NCBI GenBank assembly: GCA_037190965.1
Contig: JBBCKI010000012.1
Span: 1 to 18,259, forward strand
Length of the DNA stretch: 18,259 nucleotides
Direction of reading: 5' to 3'
DNA from: Chthoniobacteraceae bacterium
GTDB lineage: Bacteria; Verrucomicrobiota; Verrucomicrobiia; Chthoniobacterales; Chthoniobacteraceae
In this document: positions 17,211 through 18,259 of the stretch, piece after piece
Layout: every line of letters begins with the position of its first letter
How positions within the stretch are numbered: position 1 is the first letter of the stretch
Made by a program: the position numbers and the translations under genes
The notes under the pieces: generated by a model
What the model was told of the DNA's origin: nothing
The model's input: the letters and a program-made list of their open reading frames with translations, nothing else
Database searches by the model: none

Positions 17211-17951
17211 TCAATTGACGACATTCCAATTGTATAATTTCTGATATTCCTCGCGGGATGCCTTCGTGGATACAAATTCAACATGCCCATCAAGGAATCC
17301 AAAGTTCGAACCGCTGCCCTTGTGGGCTTTGCTGGTGCCGTTATAGAACCGATATCCGGGATTTGAACCGGGAGAATCAATAGGGTTGCTATAGTAATTC
17401 CCCATCAGCAGTTTCTCGCCTTCATCAAAATAGCAGAAGAGGAGCGGGACGGTGCCCGGGTTCAGGATAGTGGAGAGTTTCCGGCGAGTGTTCAGAACCA
17501 CTTTTGAATTGATGGAGTATCCGACTCGGTATTCCTTGGAAGCCAACTCTTCGGCATTGAAAGCACAATACCAGCCTCGCCAGACAGTCTGCGCATTTAC
17601 CGCAATGGAGCTCCCGCTTGGCGTTTGTTTGATGACAGGCGTCGGCATCAGCCATCCGGTCCCGCCCGTGGTAGTCCACCAATATTGGAAGGTAATGAGG
17701 CCCGGGGGCGGCCCATCCTGCGTCATGTATGGCAGGTAGCCATTGTTTTCATTGGCATAAAGCTGGAGCGCTGCAAGATGCTGGCGAAGATTGGAGACGC
17801 ACGTTGTCCCTTTGGCGTGATTCTGGATTTTTCCCAAAAGAGGAAACGAGATCCCTGCTAATATAATTATGATAGCGATGCTGATTATGAGTTCCAAAAG
17901 AGTGAATGCATTTCGATTGGAAGATCGCTGAGGCAAGAAGGGGGAGGCCAT
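17211..17951 (-). CDS. Prepilin-type N-terminal cleavage/methylation protein with H-X9-DG-CTERM-like C-terminus (DUF1559-like)
   Basis: NA|FTLLELIISIAIIIILAGISFP with Glu+5; CVSNLRQ; C-terminal HKGSGSNFGFLDGHVE; visibly AT-richer than housekeeping genes. Confidence 0.9.
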   Translation of the reverse strand: MASPFLPQRSSNRNAFTLLELIISIAIIIILAGISFPLLGKIQNHAKGTTCVSNLRQHLAALQLYANENNGYLPYMTQDGPPPGLITFQYWWTTTGGTGWLMPTPVIKQTPSGSSIAVNAQTVWRGWYCAFNAEELASKEYRVGYSINSKVVLNTRRKLSTILNPGTVPLLFCYFDEGEKLLMGNYYSNPIDSPGSNPGYRFYNGTSKAHKGSGSNFGFLDGHVEFVSTKASREEYQKLYNWNVVN

Positions 17952-18044
17952 CGCAAATCACTTTGGGGGTTGCGGAGTGCTTGGTTTCTACGACGCAACC
18001 GAAGGTAGCTTAGCGGTACTGTAAGTCCACTTGAAAGCCGCTAT

Positions 18045-18082
18045 TGTGCCTGCTGGTTTGTAGAGTGTGCCTACTGGTATGT
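18045..18082. promoter_or_regulatory. Tandem 17-bp direct repeat, candidate operator for the pilin cassette
   Basis: TGTGCCTGCTGGTTTGT (18045-18061) and TGTGCCTACTGGTATGT (18066-18082), 15/17 identical, 21-bp period, ~95-130 bp upstream of the pilin ATG. Confidence 0.5.
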
Positions 18083-18104
18083 TTTTCGAGGCTGGATTTC
18101 CTAA

Positions 18105-18259
18105 GGAACCACTGATTGAAGCGAGCCATGCCGTAAGCTTGTCATTTTGGCGTCTTTCCAATCCGATTTTTCCTCACCTGTCTTCAGACAGGCTGCGGAA
18201 AATCGACTTGGAAATCCATCCCAACTGCCTGCGCTTTCGTCATACTCCATTTAATCAGC
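18105..18259. mobile_element. MITE-like fold-back element, copy 3 (right end cut by window edge)
   Basis: CTAA then GGAACCACTGATTGAA...CTTGTCATTTT...CCTCACCTGTCTTCAGACAGGCTGCGG...ACTGCCTGCGCTTTCG...CTCCATTTAATCAGC; colinear with copies 1 and 2. Confidence 0.83.

Noticed and set aside
12076..18259. Composite transposon bounded by element copies 2 and 3
   Set aside because: Copies are diverged, have different flanks (TTAA vs CTAA), enclose housekeeping dapL, and no transposase is present.
1..18259. CRISPR array, tRNA or rRNA
   Set aside because: No regularly spaced repeat-spacer array or tRNA/rRNA signature seen; repeats are dispersed.

Overview
GC-rich bacterial chromosome segment, probably Verrucomicrobiota/PVC (inferred from DapL, the PEP-CTERM protein and the prepilin/H-X9-DG-like protein). 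Left to right: glgE (-); a SAM-I-riboswitch-led operon (-) encoding a ThrC-like PLP enzyme, a MoaD/CysO-type sulfur carrier and a stand-alone NIL protein, divergent from a canonical hom-thrC pair (+); an orphan OppD/DppD ATPase; an AsmA-like protein; glycerate kinase; Mn-type SOD; dapL; then an accessory four-gene cassette (-) of prepilin-like protein, GH42-like secreted protein, CBM-like PEP-CTERM protein and CE15-like alpha/beta hydrolase. Intergenic DNA holds three copies of a ~160-bp TIR-bounded fold-back element with compensatory changes, a GGTAG-type REP/REPIN family, a CGGAG-type REP doublet, a shared GGYGC-GGCA-GCRCC mini-hairpin and a 9-bp periodic repeat. Best system candidates: (i) a SAM-regulated, sulfur-carrier-dependent homocysteine route from O-phosphohomoserine with a NIL partner, and (ii) a pilin/PEP-CTERM glycan-processing cassette. 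All family calls are by eye from motifs; no database search was run.
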